A stretch of 64,000 nt of DNA from Candidatus Micrarchaeota archaeon (GTDB lineage Archaea; Micrarchaeota; Micrarchaeia; Anstonellales; Bilamarchaeaceae): positions 32,001-96,000 of the forward strand of contig JBBSVN010000004.1 in assembly GCA_038046765.1 (NCBI GenBank). Direction: 5' to 3'. The position numbers and the translations under genes are program-made. The first letter of the stretch is position 1. Every line of letters begins with the position of its first letter. This document shows positions 10,333 through 21,819 of this stretch, piece after piece. Under the pieces are notes generated by a model, which saw only the letters and a program-made list of their open reading frames with translations, ran no database searches and was not told the origin of the DNA.

Positions 10333-11375
10333 CCTAAAAACTTAAATGTCGGACTTTCTTTTTTGATTCTTTCTAATAATTCTGCAATTTTTTTATCCTT
10401 GTCACTTCCTTGGAAATCAACTAAAAACACAAACTTACCCGGGTCGTTTGGTACTGGCCTTGATTCGATTCGTGTTAAGTTTGTCTTACTTTCGTAAAAC
10501 AGCTTAATTATTTCAAAAAGTGCTCCTGGCTTATGCGCTGTAGAAAATATTATCGAGCATTTATTACCTACTTCTTTACTGTAATCTTTGGATAATACAA
10601 CAAAACGAGTAGTGTTTGAAGTATGATCTTCGACATTCTCCTTTAAAACTTCTAGATCGTATAATTCGGCGCATAATTTACTTGCAATTGCAGCAGCCCC
10701 GTTTGGTTTATCCTTTGCAACCATCATCGCAGCACCAGCAGTATCATAATACGGCCTTGCTTCTAGTTTATTTCGCTCTGTAAACCCGCGGCATTGTGCT
10801 AATGCTTGGGGATGAGAATACACCATTTTTATTTCACGATAATCTGTTTCAGGAGGTGCAAGTAAACAATGATGAACTGGAACCCGCACTTCGCCAACGA
10901 TTTTCAAGTCATATTGTATTAGTAAATCATTTACATCATTTATCTGCCCAGCTAAAGAGTTTTCTATAGGTACAATACCTAGATCTAACTGACCATTTTT
11001 AACGCTTTGAAAAACTTCTGTAAAATCACTACATGGAATTGCTACGGAATTAGGGTCATGGGTTTTTACTGCCATCTCACTATACGCTCCATGTTCGCCT
11101 TGAAATCCGATTAACTTTAGATTTTCTTTTTGTAATCTTTTGGATTCAGACATTATTTCTTGGAATAACTTTTGTGAAAACGCATTTGAAATTAACCCCT
11201 TTGACTTTGATGAAATTTTGGTCATCACATCTTTTTCTCTTTGTTCGTCACTAACTTCATTTTTAAGTTTTTTTGTTCGTACAGCAATTTCCATCCTATC
11301 GCTTAGTAATTCCAGTATATCGCCATCAATTTTGTCTATTTTTTTCCTTAGTGTGTTTAATTCCATATTTATCAC
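10311..11375 (-). CDS. pheA: chorismate mutase / prephenate dehydratase (P-protein)
   Basis: N-terminal AroQ LRKKIDKID; PIENSLAG, SHPQALAQC, NTTRF, ACT domain LTRIESRP. Confidence 0.95.
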   Translation of the reverse strand: MINMELNTLRKKIDKIDGDILELLSDRMEIAVRTKKLKNEVSDEQREKDVMTKISSKSKGLISNAFSQKLFQEIMSESKRLQKENLKLIGFQGEHGAYSEMAVKTHDPNSVAIPCSDFTEVFQSVKNGQLDLGIVPIENSLAGQINDVNDLLIQYDLKIVGEVRVPVHHCLLAPPETDYREIKMVYSHPQALAQCRGFTERNKLEARPYYDTAGAAMMVAKDKPNGAAAIASKLCAELYDLEVLKENVEDHTSNTTRFVVLSKDYSKEVGNKCSIIFSTAHKPGALFEIIKLFYESKTNLTRIESRPVPNDPGKFVFLVDFQGSDKDKKIAELLERIKKESPTFKFLGCYKEAI

Positions 11376-11405
11376 CTAAACGTAATTTTTTTCTTATTTT
11401 ATTAT

Positions 11406-13787
11406 TTATTTTATTGAGCATATAGATCGCAAATACAAATCTAGTATTGCAATAGCAACAGTATTTTCAACAATTATTGGTGCTCTTATTGCAACGCATG
11501 GGTCATGACGACCAAGTACACTTAATTTAGCATTTTTATTTGTTCGCACATCTATCGTGTCCTGTTCTTTTGAGATTGATGAGGTTGGCTTTATCGCAAC
11601 CCTGCAAACTAATGGCATGCCATTTGTAATACCACCTTGTATGCCTCCAGAATTATTTGTCGTTGTAATAACCGACCTACCTTCGATCGTAAATGCATCA
11701 TTATTTTGACTTCCCCTAGTTGCTGCACCGGCAAAACCCGAACCAAATTCAACTCCCTTAACCGCTGGAATGCTAAATAAGTATTTTGAAAGAACAGCGT
11801 CTACTGCGTTAAAAATAGGCTCGCCAATTCCAACAGAAAGTCCATGAACTTGCAGTTCGATTACACCGCCAAGCGAGTCGCCTTCTGATTTTATTTTCTC
11901 TATTTCTTGTTGCATTTTTGCGCTTAATTCTAAACTAGGACACCTAACGGGGCTTTTATATGTATTAACTAAAGCTTGTTCAAAGCTAGGCATTTTTTCC
12001 ATTTTTATTTCTCCGATTTGTTTGACATATGCTGCAAATCTTACTCCTTTTTCTTCAAGAATTTGTTTTGCAATCGATCCTGCAATTACTGTAAGTGTAG
12101 TAATTCTTGCAGAAAGGAACCCACCACCACGAAAATCAAAAACGCCATTGTATTTGATTAGAGTAGTGTAATCTCCATGGTTTGGCCTTGGAGTAAATCT
12201 AGTTATTTCGTATGGTTTTGAATTTACGTCCTTGTTTTCTATTTCAAATACAATCTGCTCGCTGGTAACGACTCCGTTTTCGATACCTTGCACCAAACTA
12301 AATTCATCTCGCTCCCTCCTAGAAGTCGTAAGGTTTCCAAATGGTCTTCTTTTGTCTAAATCGACACGTATTTTTTCCATGGAAACTTTTGTTCCGATTG
12401 GAATTCCGGTCATTTTTATTCCGATTAGTTTTTCATGCGAACCTCCGTAAAGACGCACTTTGAACTCTTGACCAATTGGTGCAGTCTGGCTAAGCATTGT
12501 CGCACCCAATTTTCGCATATCACAAAAGAAATCAGGGTAAGATTTTGCAATAACTTCGGGATTTTCTATAATTGTTTGTCCATCCGCAATCATGCCAGCA
12601 ATTGCACACGACATTGCGATCCTATGGTCATTATGTGGATCTATTTTCGCACCATGCAGACGAGTAACTCCAATTATTTCTAAAGAATCGGGTTTTTCAG
12701 TGATTTTAGCTCCCATTTTAGTTAATTCGGTGGCTATGGAACTTAATCGATCGCTTTCTTTTATTCTAAGCCTTCCTGCATTTTTAATTTTTGTTATTCC
12801 TTTTGCTTGCGTAGCAATTGTAGCTAATATCGGAACTAAGTCTGGAATATTACTTGCATCGATTTCTGTTGCAATTAATTCTGACCTTTTGACTACTAAG
12901 GAATCTTGTTTTTCTTCGATCTTAGCACCCATTCTTTTAAGAATCGAAATAATTTCACGATCGCCTTGAATAGACTGCACATTCAATCCTTTAATTTCAA
13001 TTTCTGGACCAACAATAACTCCTGCAGCAATTAAAAATGCAGCTCCGGACCAATCGCCTTCAACAATATAGATGCCAGGTGATTTGTAGAATTGATTGCC
13101 TTTGATCGTGAATTTTCTAGGATTTGTTGGGTCGTCCATTTTAACATTTATTCCAAAATCATTTAGAGTTACAATCGTCATTTTAACATAAGAAAATGAC
13201 TCTAAATTTCCTAAAATTTCAATTTCGCTATCTTTTTTGGCTAAAGGTAATGCTAAAAGAAGGCCGCTTATGAATTGAGAGGACACATCCCCACGAATTT
13301 GTATCTTTCCTCCGATTAATCCCCCCGCTATTTTTACAGGGGACAAATTAGAACGATCATCTATTTTTGCACCTACTTTCTTTATTGAATTAGTTAAGTC
13401 ACTAATTGGTCGTTTTAGTAGTCCTGCTTTACCAGTTAAATTTATTTGATTATTGATAAGTGCGCAAATTGGAATCAAAAATCTTAAAGTTGTACCAGAT
13501 TCATTGCAATCGATAGTTAAAATATCATTGATTTTTTTGAACATGATATTGTTGGATCCGTCAACTTCAATGCTATTTTCAGTATAATCAATTTTAGCCC
13601 CAAGAGCTCTTAGTGCACTAATTGTGGCAGATATATCACTGGAAAACAGTGGATTTTGTATTAAGGTTTTTCCCTTTGTTAAGCCGGCTGCAAAAAGAGC
13701 ACGATGAGTATAACTTTTAGATGGTGGTGCAGCAATTGGACTGTTTTGAAGTTTTGAGTTTCGTACTAATATCTCCAGTTCACTCAT
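11406..13787 (-). CDS. aroA-aroC: fused EPSP synthase (AroA) - chorismate synthase (AroC)
   Basis: PPSKSYTHR, SSQFISGLL, LRIKESDR, DHRIAM (AroA), then GGSH, RPNHGD, SARIT, NNSGGIQGG, RHDPC (AroC) in one 793-aa ORF. Confidence 0.93.
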   Translation of the reverse strand: MSELEILVRNSKLQNSPIAAPPSKSYTHRALFAAGLTKGKTLIQNPLFSSDISATISALRALGAKIDYTENSIEVDGSNNIMFKKINDILTIDCNESGTTLRFLIPICALINNQINLTGKAGLLKRPISDLTNSIKKVGAKIDDRSNLSPVKIAGGLIGGKIQIRGDVSSQFISGLLLALPLAKKDSEIEILGNLESFSYVKMTIVTLNDFGINVKMDDPTNPRKFTIKGNQFYKSPGIYIVEGDWSGAAFLIAAGVIVGPEIEIKGLNVQSIQGDREIISILKRMGAKIEEKQDSLVVKRSELIATEIDASNIPDLVPILATIATQAKGITKIKNAGRLRIKESDRLSSIATELTKMGAKITEKPDSLEIIGVTRLHGAKIDPHNDHRIAMSCAIAGMIADGQTIIENPEVIAKSYPDFFCDMRKLGATMLSQTAPIGQEFKVRLYGGSHEKLIGIKMTGIPIGTKVSMEKIRVDLDKRRPFGNLTTSRRERDEFSLVQGIENGVVTSEQIVFEIENKDVNSKPYEITRFTPRPNHGDYTTLIKYNGVFDFRGGGFLSARITTLTVIAGSIAKQILEEKGVRFAAYVKQIGEIKMEKMPSFEQALVNTYKSPVRCPSLELSAKMQQEIEKIKSEGDSLGGVIELQVHGLSVGIGEPIFNAVDAVLSKYLFSIPAVKGVEFGSGFAGAATRGSQNNDAFTIEGRSVITTTNNSGGIQGGITNGMPLVCRVAIKPTSSISKEQDTIDVRTNKNAKLSVLGRHDPCVAIRAPIIVENTVAIAILDLYLRSICSIK

Positions 13788-15120
13788 TTTTTACACCTTT
13801 TATTAATCCTAAATTTATGGCTTCGCAAATTATTTGAGTTGTAACCTCTTGAGGCAATTTGTCTTGGGTTGAAATTATTACATCACAAGCTTCTGCATAT
13901 AATCCTAATCTATTTTTCATTACTTTTCTTAAAATTCCTAACTTATCGGGAAAATTTACCAAGGGTCTGCTTTGATCCCCGATGGTCCTATTAACGATTG
14001 TTTCGGGTTTTGTATAAAGCCAAAAAACCAAACAATGTTTTTTTAGTTTTTCTACATTTTCTATGTCCAAAATTGCACCGCCCCCGCAGGAAATAACTGA
14101 ATTCTGGGCGTGAGCAATCTTACTCATTTCTTCCTTTTCTAATTCCCTAAATTTTGTTTCACCATGAATTTCAAATATATCTTTTATTTTCGTTCCATTT
14201 ATAGTTTCAATATTCTGGTCAACATCGATCAGTTTTAGGTTAGTTTCTTTGGCAATTAGCTTTGCTACTGTAGATTTACCAGAACCCATTAGACCAACTA
14301 AAGCAATATTTTGCGGTTTTGCATGTGCCTTAGCTAATACTTTTCGCATAATTTCTATAGGAGCAGTCTTACCAGTAAAAATCTCAAATGCTTTTACACC
14401 TTGGTAAAGCAACCATTCGCTTCCGTTGATAATTTTGCAACCTAGTTCGATAGAATCTGTTAAGAGTGCTGTCTTTTTGGAATAATTTGCATCTAAAACT
14501 ACTAATTCTTTTGAGAGGAGTTCTTTTGGAATTAACTGGTCGAGCGTATTTGCTGTGCTAACAATTGCAACTGCATTTACTAAAGCTTGCGTTAAATCTG
14601 AACTAGATAAAGAACAATAATCGCAACCTAGCCTATTCGCAATATCTTTAGCTTTTTCAATTGTTCGATTCGCAATTACAACCTGTGCCCCCTCTGAAAG
14701 TAAACCTAACGCAGCAGCTTTTGCAGCGCCTCCAGCTCCAATTACAACGAATTTATTTCCGTTAATTTTTACCCCATTTGCTTCAAGTGCTTTGGTAACT
14801 CCTAGGACATCGGTGTTAAATCCATGGAGTTTACCATTTTCTATTTTTATTGTGTTTACTGCACCAAGTAATTTAGCTTCTTGATTTAGTGTATCGCATT
14901 TTTGTGCCATTTCTTCTTTGAACGGCGCAGTAATATTTAATCCTAAGATTCCTAAGTCTTTTGCAAGCGCAATAGCTTCATCCGCATTATTTGCAGCAAT
15001 TCGTACGTATTTGGCATCTATACCTAATTCTTCAAGTCCAGCATTATGCATGTTAGGGCTAAGGCTATGTGAAATAGGATTACCCACAACTGCGTAAAGT
15101 TTCATGCTTTCTTGTTTCAT
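13780..15120 (-). CDS. aroE-aroK: fused shikimate dehydrogenase (AroE) - shikimate kinase (AroK)
   Basis: HSLSP, NITAPFK, NTD, GAGGAA, then GLMGSGKS, FRELE, GGG, RPL. Confidence 0.93.
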   Translation of the reverse strand: MKQESMKLYAVVGNPISHSLSPNMHNAGLEELGIDAKYVRIAANNADEAIALAKDLGILGLNITAPFKEEMAQKCDTLNQEAKLLGAVNTIKIENGKLHGFNTDVLGVTKALEANGVKINGNKFVVIGAGGAAKAAALGLLSEGAQVVIANRTIEKAKDIANRLGCDYCSLSSSDLTQALVNAVAIVSTANTLDQLIPKELLSKELVVLDANYSKKTALLTDSIELGCKIINGSEWLLYQGVKAFEIFTGKTAPIEIMRKVLAKAHAKPQNIALVGLMGSGKSTVAKLIAKETNLKLIDVDQNIETINGTKIKDIFEIHGETKFRELEKEEMSKIAHAQNSVISCGGGAILDIENVEKLKKHCLVFWLYTKPETIVNRTIGDQSRPLVNFPDKLGILRKVMKNRLGLYAEACDVIISTQDKLPQEVTTQIICEAINLGLIKGVKNE

Positions 15121-15121
15121 G

Positions 15122-15787
15122 TCAATTACCTAAATTTTTTCTTAAGTTTTTAATCGCTTCTTCAAGTGTTTTTTTGTCGATTTGCCCATCGGCAGTTTCT
15201 TTACCCGAGGATAACGAAACGTAAGTACAAAAACTCCCTAAAAGAGGAGCAATTATTCTTGTAATTTTTCCCTTTTCACCCATACCAATTACAATTAATT
15301 TTCTATCCAAGTCGCTTTGATCAAGTAGCCCAATTAGCCTCGCATTATCCCTCTCGTCATTGACTTTACAAGCTATTTTTGCAATATCTGCTCCGTCTGT
15401 AAAGCACCAATTTATTGTTTGCTTTAATTCTTCTCTTGAAGGCGTTTTTTCATAGTTATGGTATGAAAGAATAACTTTGCATCGCCTCGCTTTAGCAGCT
15501 GCAATAATTTCTTGTTTTATTTTATCTTCAGATTCAATTTCAACATCGACAAAATCTGCTCCTTGTTCTATTGCTTTAAGTAGGATTTCTTTTCTTTGTT
15601 GCTCATTCATCTGATTGTTAGGCCGGCATGTCGCGATCATCTTAGTTTTTCCTTTACTTGAAAGCAGATTAGATAAGTCAGTTAGCGAAAGTTTATTCTG
15701 ATCGAGCCTAAGTTCTGCTAAATCTAAACCTAAAAGTGCTGATTTACATTTTTCTAGTCCAACTTCAGCTATGCTAACACAGATCAT
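15122..15787 (-). CDS. aroD: 3-dehydroquinate dehydratase, type I
   Basis: ELRLD, SYHNYEKTP, DIAKIA, MGEKGKITR, ADGQI. Confidence 0.92.
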   Translation of the reverse strand: MICVSIAEVGLEKCKSALLGLDLAELRLDQNKLSLTDLSNLLSSKGKTKMIATCRPNNQMNEQQRKEILLKAIEQGADFVDVEIESEDKIKQEIIAAAKARRCKVILSYHNYEKTPSREELKQTINWCFTDGADIAKIACKVNDERDNARLIGLLDQSDLDRKLIVIGMGEKGKITRIIAPLLGSFCTYVSLSSGKETADGQIDKKTLEEAIKNLRKNLGN

Positions 15788-16812
15788 AGAATTTCACCAA
15801 TTTCTTCAATCGGAACTTCTTTCACAACTGATTTTCCAATCCCTTCTAAAAGCGCCATCTTAACATCAGTTCCTTTTTTCTTTTTGTCTTTGCTTATTGC
15901 ACCAATTATTGCATCTTTTTTAATATAATCTAACTGCGTTGGAAGTCCCAATTTTTTCAAAAGATTTTCGATTCTATCCTTATCCTCTTCTTTTAATGTG
16001 CCTTTTTTAACGCAAAGCTTTGCATCATAAACTGACCCTATCGCAACCGCTTCTCCATGAGGTAATTTATGTACTTTTTCTAGTGCATGAGCGATCGTGT
16101 GCCCAAAATTTAATTTAACCCGTTCATTTTGTTCTAATTCATCTTTTTGAACAATGTTTACTTTAACCGAAATTGCATCGCCAATTACTTTTTCAAGTGC
16201 AATACGTTTCATGCAAATAATATCCTCCAAGTTCGACTCTAAGTATGAAAATAAATTAGCATCAGCAATTACTGCGTGTTTTACAATTTCCGCAAATCCG
16301 CATTTTAGGTCTTCTTTTGGAAGCGTTTTTAGAAGTTCTAAATCGCATAAAACGAAATTTGGTTGTCTAATAGTACCAATTAAGTTTTTGTATCCATTTA
16401 AGTTTACCCCATTTTTACCCCCTATACTTGCATCTACTTGAGCTAGAAGTGTTGTTGGAACAAAACCAAATTTTAAACCACGTAAATAGGTACTAGCAAC
16501 AAACCCAGTTATATCGCAAACTACGCCCCCTCCAACTCCAACTATAAAAGTTGAACGCTCAACACCTAATTCTAGAAACTGCTCGTAAATATTCTCAACT
16601 GTCCTAAGGGTTTTTACATTTTCACCAGTTTCGATTTCAATTATTTGAAATCCGAATTCTTCGAGCTTGACGCGATGGTAATTTAACACATTTTTATCAC
16701 TAATAATTACTACTTGTGCACTTGCATCTAGGTAGTCTTTAAGGTTAGATACGTCTTCGCCAATCGCGATTTGCGTACTACCCGTATTTGTAGTTAATTG
16801 TATTTTTTTCAT
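15784..16812 (-). CDS. aroB: 3-dehydroquinate synthase
   Basis: [33 protein letters not shown]. Confidence 0.95.
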   Translation of the reverse strand: MKKIQLTTNTGSTQIAIGEDVSNLKDYLDASAQVVIISDKNVLNYHRVKLEEFGFQIIEIETGENVKTLRTVENIYEQFLELGVERSTFIVGVGGGVVCDITGFVASTYLRGLKFGFVPTTLLAQVDASIGGKNGVNLNGYKNLIGTIRQPNFVLCDLELLKTLPKEDLKCGFAEIVKHAVIADANLFSYLESNLEDIICMKRIALEKVIGDAISVKVNIVQKDELEQNERVKLNFGHTIAHALEKVHKLPHGEAVAIGSVYDAKLCVKKGTLKEEDKDRIENLLKKLGLPTQLDYIKKDAIIGAISKDKKKKGTDVKMALLEGIGKSVVKEVPIEEIGEIL

Positions 16813-17630
16813 AAAGAACTCCTCATAAAATTATCAAGCGCCCGAATCTTTTTAGTCATTTTTGTAAAATACGCTGGCGTGAGTGCCTGATCTTTATCGC
16901 AAAGTGCTTCTGGGGGATTTCTATGAACATCTACAATTAATCCATCTGTCCCGCATGCTACTGCCGCTAAACTCATCGGCTCGATTAAAGTTATTTTTCC
17001 AGTAGCATGGCTCGGGTCAACAATGATTGGAAGATGAGTTAATTCTTTAACTGCAGGTACTGCACTTAGATCAAGGGTATTTCTAGTGTAAGTTTCATGA
17101 GACCGTATTCCTCTTTCACATAGAATTACATTTGGGTTTCCTTCGTTTAAAATGTACTCTGCGCAGTATAACCATTCTTCGATTGTTGAATACATTCCTC
17201 GTTTAAGTAATACTGGTTTGTTTGCTTTACCTACTTCCCTAAGTAATGAGAAATTCTGCATGTTTCTTGTTCCAATCTGAAGTACATCTGCGTATTCACA
17301 TACCCAATTTACATCTCTGGTATCTACTACTTCAGTTACGATTGGTAAACCAGTTACATCCCTTGCTTTTTCTAAGATTTTTAAGCCCTTTAATCCTAAA
17401 CCCTGGAAAGCGTATGGCGAAGTTCTTGGTTTAAACGCGCCTCCGCGAAGCATATCCGCTCCTGCTGCTTTTACCGCGATTGCAGTTTCTACAGTTTGTT
17501 CTTCACTTTCAACAGCGCATGGGCCAGCGATTATCGTTAACCCTTCACCTATTTTTACATTGCCAACTTTTACGATTGTTCTGCCGCTTCCGTTTAAACC
17601 GGCAAGTTTTATTTTTTTAATATCAACCAT
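16809..17630 (-). CDS. aroF: DAHP synthase, class I-beta, without fused regulatory domain
   Basis: [20 protein letters not shown]; 273 aa. Confidence 0.93.
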   Translation of the reverse strand: MVDIKKIKLAGLNGSGRTIVKVGNVKIGEGLTIIAGPCAVESEEQTVETAIAVKAAGADMLRGGAFKPRTSPYAFQGLGLKGLKILEKARDVTGLPIVTEVVDTRDVNWVCEYADVLQIGTRNMQNFSLLREVGKANKPVLLKRGMYSTIEEWLYCAEYILNEGNPNVILCERGIRSHETYTRNTLDLSAVPAVKELTHLPIIVDPSHATGKITLIEPMSLAAVACGTDGLIVDVHRNPPEALCDKDQALTPAYFTKMTKKIRALDNFMRSSL

Positions 17631-17738
17631 TTTTTACACCTTGAATAAATTTTAGTTTTTCATTCCAATTTTTGTTTTCTCTTCAAATATAAAATATCAA
17701 AAAGCTAAAAAAATAAAGTTAACACTAAGGATTTTTTT

Positions 17739-17797
17739 AAAAACGCAACCAACACAAAAATTATTTTTTAAAATTTTTATTAAAAATTGTTAGTTGC
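17739..17797 (-). terminator. candidate attenuator terminator upstream of the aro operon
   Basis: Minus-strand GCAACTAACA (17797-17788) pairs with TGTTGGTTGC (17754-17745), one G-U, followed by GTTTTT. Confidence 0.5.
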
Positions 17798-17799
17798 AC

Positions 17800-17901
17800 T
17801 CAATAGTTAAAACTAAATCTAAAATTAAAGCTGAAGCTATAGAACCAGTTTGCATTTCTTGCAATTTTATTTAATGACATTTTGTCTTCAGCGTTTATCA
17901 T
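17800..17901 (-). CDS. putative aromatic-amino-acid leader peptide (MINAEDK)MSLNKIARNANWFYSFSFNFRFSFNY
   Basis: Manual translation; ATG at 17901 or 17880, TGA at 17802-17800; 9 of the last 15 codons are W/F/Y. Confidence 0.6.
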   Translation of the reverse strand: MINAEDKMSLNKIARNANWFYSFSFNFRFSFNY

Positions 17902-18132
17902 TGTACTCAACCAACTAAGTTTCTCCAATCTAATACCTTAGAACTATCCTTTTGGATTGAGGACAGATCGAGATCGGCATATTTCCTGATCTCGAGATAT
18001 TAACACATTTTTACACTATTTATACAATATTATCCATAAAAGTATTTTTAAATGTTCCTGATTTAGAAACTAATTCTAGCTTCGCTTCGGGTAAAGCTAT
18101 ATTTTAAAACATTAAAGAGGTAAAATATTTTT

Positions 18133-18519
18133 ATGAAGTCCAAAATTATAATTGAAAAATATTTCAAAGCACTCGAAACGGGAAATTATGAACAGATGAT
18201 AAAATTATTCACACCAGATGCAGTAGTTCATTCTCCAGTATATGGTAATGTAAAAGCAAACGAATTTTATAAGAAATTATTTTCTGATACGTCTGAATCA
18301 AAAATTATATTATTAAATATTTTTGAAGGCAAAGACAACTTTACAGGCGCATGCCATTTTATGTATGATTGGAAACTTGCCAATGGAAAAGATATTTCTT
18401 TTGAATGTGTTGATGTATTCAAATTTTCTGATAGTGGACTTATCAAGGAACTTACAATTATTTATGATGCATCAGCGACTAGGCCAGCGCTCAAAAGGAT
18501 AAATAAAAATACAGGTTAG
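18133..18519 (+). CDS. SnoaL/NTF2-like protein
   Basis: YFKALE...LFTPDAVVHSP; VDVFKF...GLIKELTIIYD. Confidence 0.8.
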   Translation: MKSKIIIEKYFKALETGNYEQMIKLFTPDAVVHSPVYGNVKANEFYKKLFSDTSESKIILLNIFEGKDNFTGACHFMYDWKLANGKDISFECVDVFKFSDSGLIKELTIIYDASATRPALKRINKNTG

Positions 18520-18524
18520 TAATT

Positions 18525-19061
18525 ATGAATAAATTTATTTGCCTAATTCGAGGAATAAACGTCAGCGGTCAGAAATTAGTAAACATGAAAGAATTAACTA
18601 AACTACTAGAAACGCTGGAACTTAGGAATGTAAAAACGTATATTCAAAGTGGCAATATAATTTTTGAAAGCGAACCCAGCGATTGCAAAGAACTTGAGAA
18701 AAAGATAGCTAGCATAATAGAACAAAGATTTGGTTTTTCTGTTAACGCATTAGTTAAAAGTAAAGATGGCTTTTTAGAAATTGCAAAAAATAATCCATTT
18801 TTAGGTAAGCCAAATATCGATTTGACAAAGTTGCATATTACTTTTTTGTCTAAATTACCAGCAAAAATACCGAAAGAAGAAATCGAAAAAGTTAAATCTA
18901 GCTCTGAAGAATTTCTAATTACTAAAGATGTCATTTATCTGTATTTGCCAGATGGTTATGGAAGAACAAAAATATCAAACAATTTCTTTGAAAAAAAGCT
19001 TGTGGTTAATGCAACAACTAGAAACTGGAAGACGATGATGGCATTAACTCAAATGATTTGA
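18525..19061 (+). CDS. DUF1697 family protein
   Basis: LIRGINVSG, VKTYIQSGN, TTRNWKT. Confidence 0.85.
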   Translation: MNKFICLIRGINVSGQKLVNMKELTKLLETLELRNVKTYIQSGNIIFESEPSDCKELEKKIASIIEQRFGFSVNALVKSKDGFLEIAKNNPFLGKPNIDLTKLHITFLSKLPAKIPKEEIEKVKSSSEEFLITKDVIYLYLPDGYGRTKISNNFFEKKLVVNATTRNWKTMMALTQMI

Positions 19062-19063
19062 AT

Positions 19064-19804
19064 TCATTTCTTTATTATCCAAATCATTTCTTGTTTTTCA
19101 TCCTTTAATTTTTCTCCCTTAAATCCACCGTAAACAGTCCAAATCTTGAAACCCGCCATTTTAAGAAGTAATTCGAACTCTTTTTTATAAATGTAACAAA
19201 GCTGTATCTGAAGTTTTTTGTAAACTTGGCCTTTAGTATCAGTTAAAAAAGAAGTCGCATGGATTAACTGATTGATAGGTTCATAATGCGTTTGTTCTTG
19301 GTTTAGATACTTTATTCCCTTTATCCATACGACCTGTTTTTTTGTTTTTATTCCTAAGTTTCTTTTTGCCATTACAGTAAAATTTGGATAAAAGAAGTTA
19401 ATTATTAGTTTTCCACCTTTCTTGAGATGCTCCTTAAAGTTCTTGAGAGTTTTAATCTGATCTTCGCTAGATTCAACATGATTAAATGCACGATAAGGGA
19501 CAATAATTAGATTGTATTTCTTATGTGCATTGAAATTTTGCATATCTGCTTTCCACACCGTAGGTGCAAGACCCATGACTTGTGCTTTTCGATTAAGAAC
19601 ATCAAGCATCTTTGGAGAAATGTCTATTCCTTCAATGTCTACACCATTTTTAAGCAAACAGAGAAGAACCCTTCCAGTTCCACAAGCAATCTCTAATACC
19701 TTGCCTTTAGTTTTCTTTGCTTGTTTAAGATAGAACTCTAAGTCTCCCTGTGTACCAACATAAACGGAATCGTAAAATTCTGCAAATTTATTGTAATTTT
19801 TCAT
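19064..19804 (-). CDS. class I SAM-dependent methyltransferase
   Basis: VLEIACGTGR, GIDISPKML, HLKKGG. Confidence 0.85.
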   Translation of the reverse strand: MKNYNKFAEFYDSVYVGTQGDLEFYLKQAKKTKGKVLEIACGTGRVLLCLLKNGVDIEGIDISPKMLDVLNRKAQVMGLAPTVWKADMQNFNAHKKYNLIIVPYRAFNHVESSEDQIKTLKNFKEHLKKGGKLIINFFYPNFTVMAKRNLGIKTKKQVVWIKGIKYLNQEQTHYEPINQLIHATSFLTDTKGQVYKKLQIQLCYIYKKEFELLLKMAGFKIWTVYGGFKGEKLKDEKQEMIWIIKK

Positions 19805-19840
19805 ATAATTTAATCGAACATCAAAATTATTAACCGATGC

Positions 19841-20626
19841 TTAAATTATATTTTTCACAAACCCTTTGACATCACTTAATGCTTTTTCTTCTTCATTTAA
19901 TTTTCCGTTTTTATCAATGTATTTTGTGTAAATATTAATTATTTTACTTCCAACAATTACGCCATCTGCACCGGCTCGAATAAATTCCAGTGATTGCTCT
20001 TTATTTGAAATACCAAAACCAACAAAAAGATTATTTTTTCTGTTATTTATTTTGGCCAAATTTTGTGCAAATTCTTTTACTGATTTGACAAATTTTAAAC
20101 TTTCAATACTCGTACTAGTTCTTGCTCCTGTAGTTCCGGCAACTGAAACCAAGTATGTAAACAGCTTTTCTTTTTGAAGAATTTTTCTAGAGCGATCTAT
20201 TTGGGTGTTAGAAGAAATCAAATTAACTATCGAAATATTGTATTTTTCCGTCAGATTTTCAAATGTTTTATCTTCTTCAAACGGCAGATCTGGAATAATA
20301 ATTCCTTGAACTCCTACTTTGGCCATCCTCTGCAAGAAATTTTCCCTTCCATACGCATAAACAATGTTATAATAAGTCATGAAAACAAATGGAGTTTTGA
20401 TGTGTTCTTTCCTTAGAGTTTCTACCATCGAAAAGATTTTATCTGTGTTTGCTCCGCTTTTAAGAGCACGTTCGCTTGCTCCTTGAATCGTTTTTCCATC
20501 TGCAATCGGATCTGAAAAAGGAATCCCTAATTCTATTAAATAAGAATAAGGCGCGAGAGTTTTAACTAACTTGTAAGTAAAATCCAAATTCGGATCGCCA
20601 CAACAAACATAAGGAATAAATTTCAT
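19841..20626 (-). CDS. trpA: tryptophan synthase alpha chain
   Basis: [35 protein letters not shown]. Confidence 0.95.
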   Translation of the reverse strand: MKFIPYVCCGDPNLDFTYKLVKTLAPYSYLIELGIPFSDPIADGKTIQGASERALKSGANTDKIFSMVETLRKEHIKTPFVFMTYYNIVYAYGRENFLQRMAKVGVQGIIIPDLPFEEDKTFENLTEKYNISIVNLISSNTQIDRSRKILQKEKLFTYLVSVAGTTGARTSTSIESLKFVKSVKEFAQNLAKINNRKNNLFVGFGISNKEQSLEFIRAGADGVIVGSKIINIYTKYIDKNGKLNEEEKALSDVKGFVKNII

Positions 20627-21819
20627 AGATTTTCAGCCTCGTTTTGCTCTAACTTTGAAATTCGATCAACATCCTTGTCTCCTCTTCCGGAAAGGTTGAC
20701 AATAACTACAGAATCCTTCTGTGCAATCTTTGCAAGTTTTGGTAAGTATGCAATTGCATGAGCACTTTCAAGAGCAGGAATAATTCCCTCATCTTTAGAT
20801 AGAGAATAGAATGCGGCAAGTGCTTCGTTATCATCTATCGAAACATACTTAGCACGTTTACTATCGTGCAAATTTGCATGTTCTGGCCCAATAGCAGGAT
20901 AATCTAAACCAGCCGATATAGAATGTGTTTCTCTTACTTGCCCAAAATTATCTTGTAGTAAATAAGTAAGCGTCCCATGCAGTACTCCTTTCTTACCATC
21001 ACCGCTTATTCTTGCTGCATGTTTTTTAGTACTAAGACCTAACCCTCCAGCTTCAACTCCGATCATTTTAACATTTTTATGTTTTAAAAAAGCGGAAAAT
21101 AATCCTATTGCATTGCTTCCCCCACCAACGCAAGCAAGTAGATAATCGGGTAGCTTCCCTTCTTTTTCAAGAATTTGTTTTTCTGCCTCAACTCCAATAA
21201 CTGATTGGAAATGTTTTACTATACTAGGATACGGGTATGGACCAAGCGCCGAACCTAAAATGTAATGCGTATCTTTGAAATTTGTCGCATAATCCCGAAG
21301 CGCTTCATTTACGGCATCTTTTAATGTTTGTGAGCCAGATTCGACAATCTTAACCTCTGATCCAAGCAATTTCATCCTATAAACATTAAGCGCTTGACGC
21401 TCGGCATCTACTTTGCCCATGTAAACAACGCATTCTAAACCAAATAACGCTGCTGCAGTTGCGCTAGCTACACCATGTTGACCAGCTCCAGTTTCTGCGA
21501 TGATTCTTTTTTTATTCATGTATTTTGCTAAAAGTGCTTGACCAATTGTATTATTTATTTTATGAGCACCAGTATGTAGAAGGTCTTCTCGTTTAAGGTA
21601 AATTCTAAGACCAAATCTTTTACTTAGGTTTTCTGCAAAATAAAGCGGAGTAGGCCGCCCCGCATAATCTTTTAAGTAGTCCTCAAGTTTTTTATTAAAT
21701 TCTTTATCTGCAATTGCTCTTGCAAAACTTTCTTCAAGCTCTTGTAGTACCGGAACTAGTAATTCTGAAACGTATTGTCCGCCAAATTCTCCGAAGTTTT
21801 TTTGCATTTTACAGAACAC
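20623..21819 (-). CDS. trpB: tryptophan synthase beta chain
   Basis: [43 protein letters not shown]. Confidence 0.97.
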   Translation of the reverse strand: MFCKMQKNFGEFGGQYVSELLVPVLQELEESFARAIADKEFNKKLEDYLKDYAGRPTPLYFAENLSKRFGLRIYLKREDLLHTGAHKINNTIGQALLAKYMNKKRIIAETGAGQHGVASATAAALFGLECVVYMGKVDAERQALNVYRMKLLGSEVKIVESGSQTLKDAVNEALRDYATNFKDTHYILGSALGPYPYPSIVKHFQSVIGVEAEKQILEKEGKLPDYLLACVGGGSNAIGLFSAFLKHKNVKMIGVEAGGLGLSTKKHAARISGDGKKGVLHGTLTYLLQDNFGQVRETHSISAGLDYPAIGPEHANLHDSKRAKYVSIDDNEALAAFYSLSKDEGIIPALESAHAIAYLPKLAKIAQKDSVVIVNLSGRGDKDVDRISKLEQNEAENL

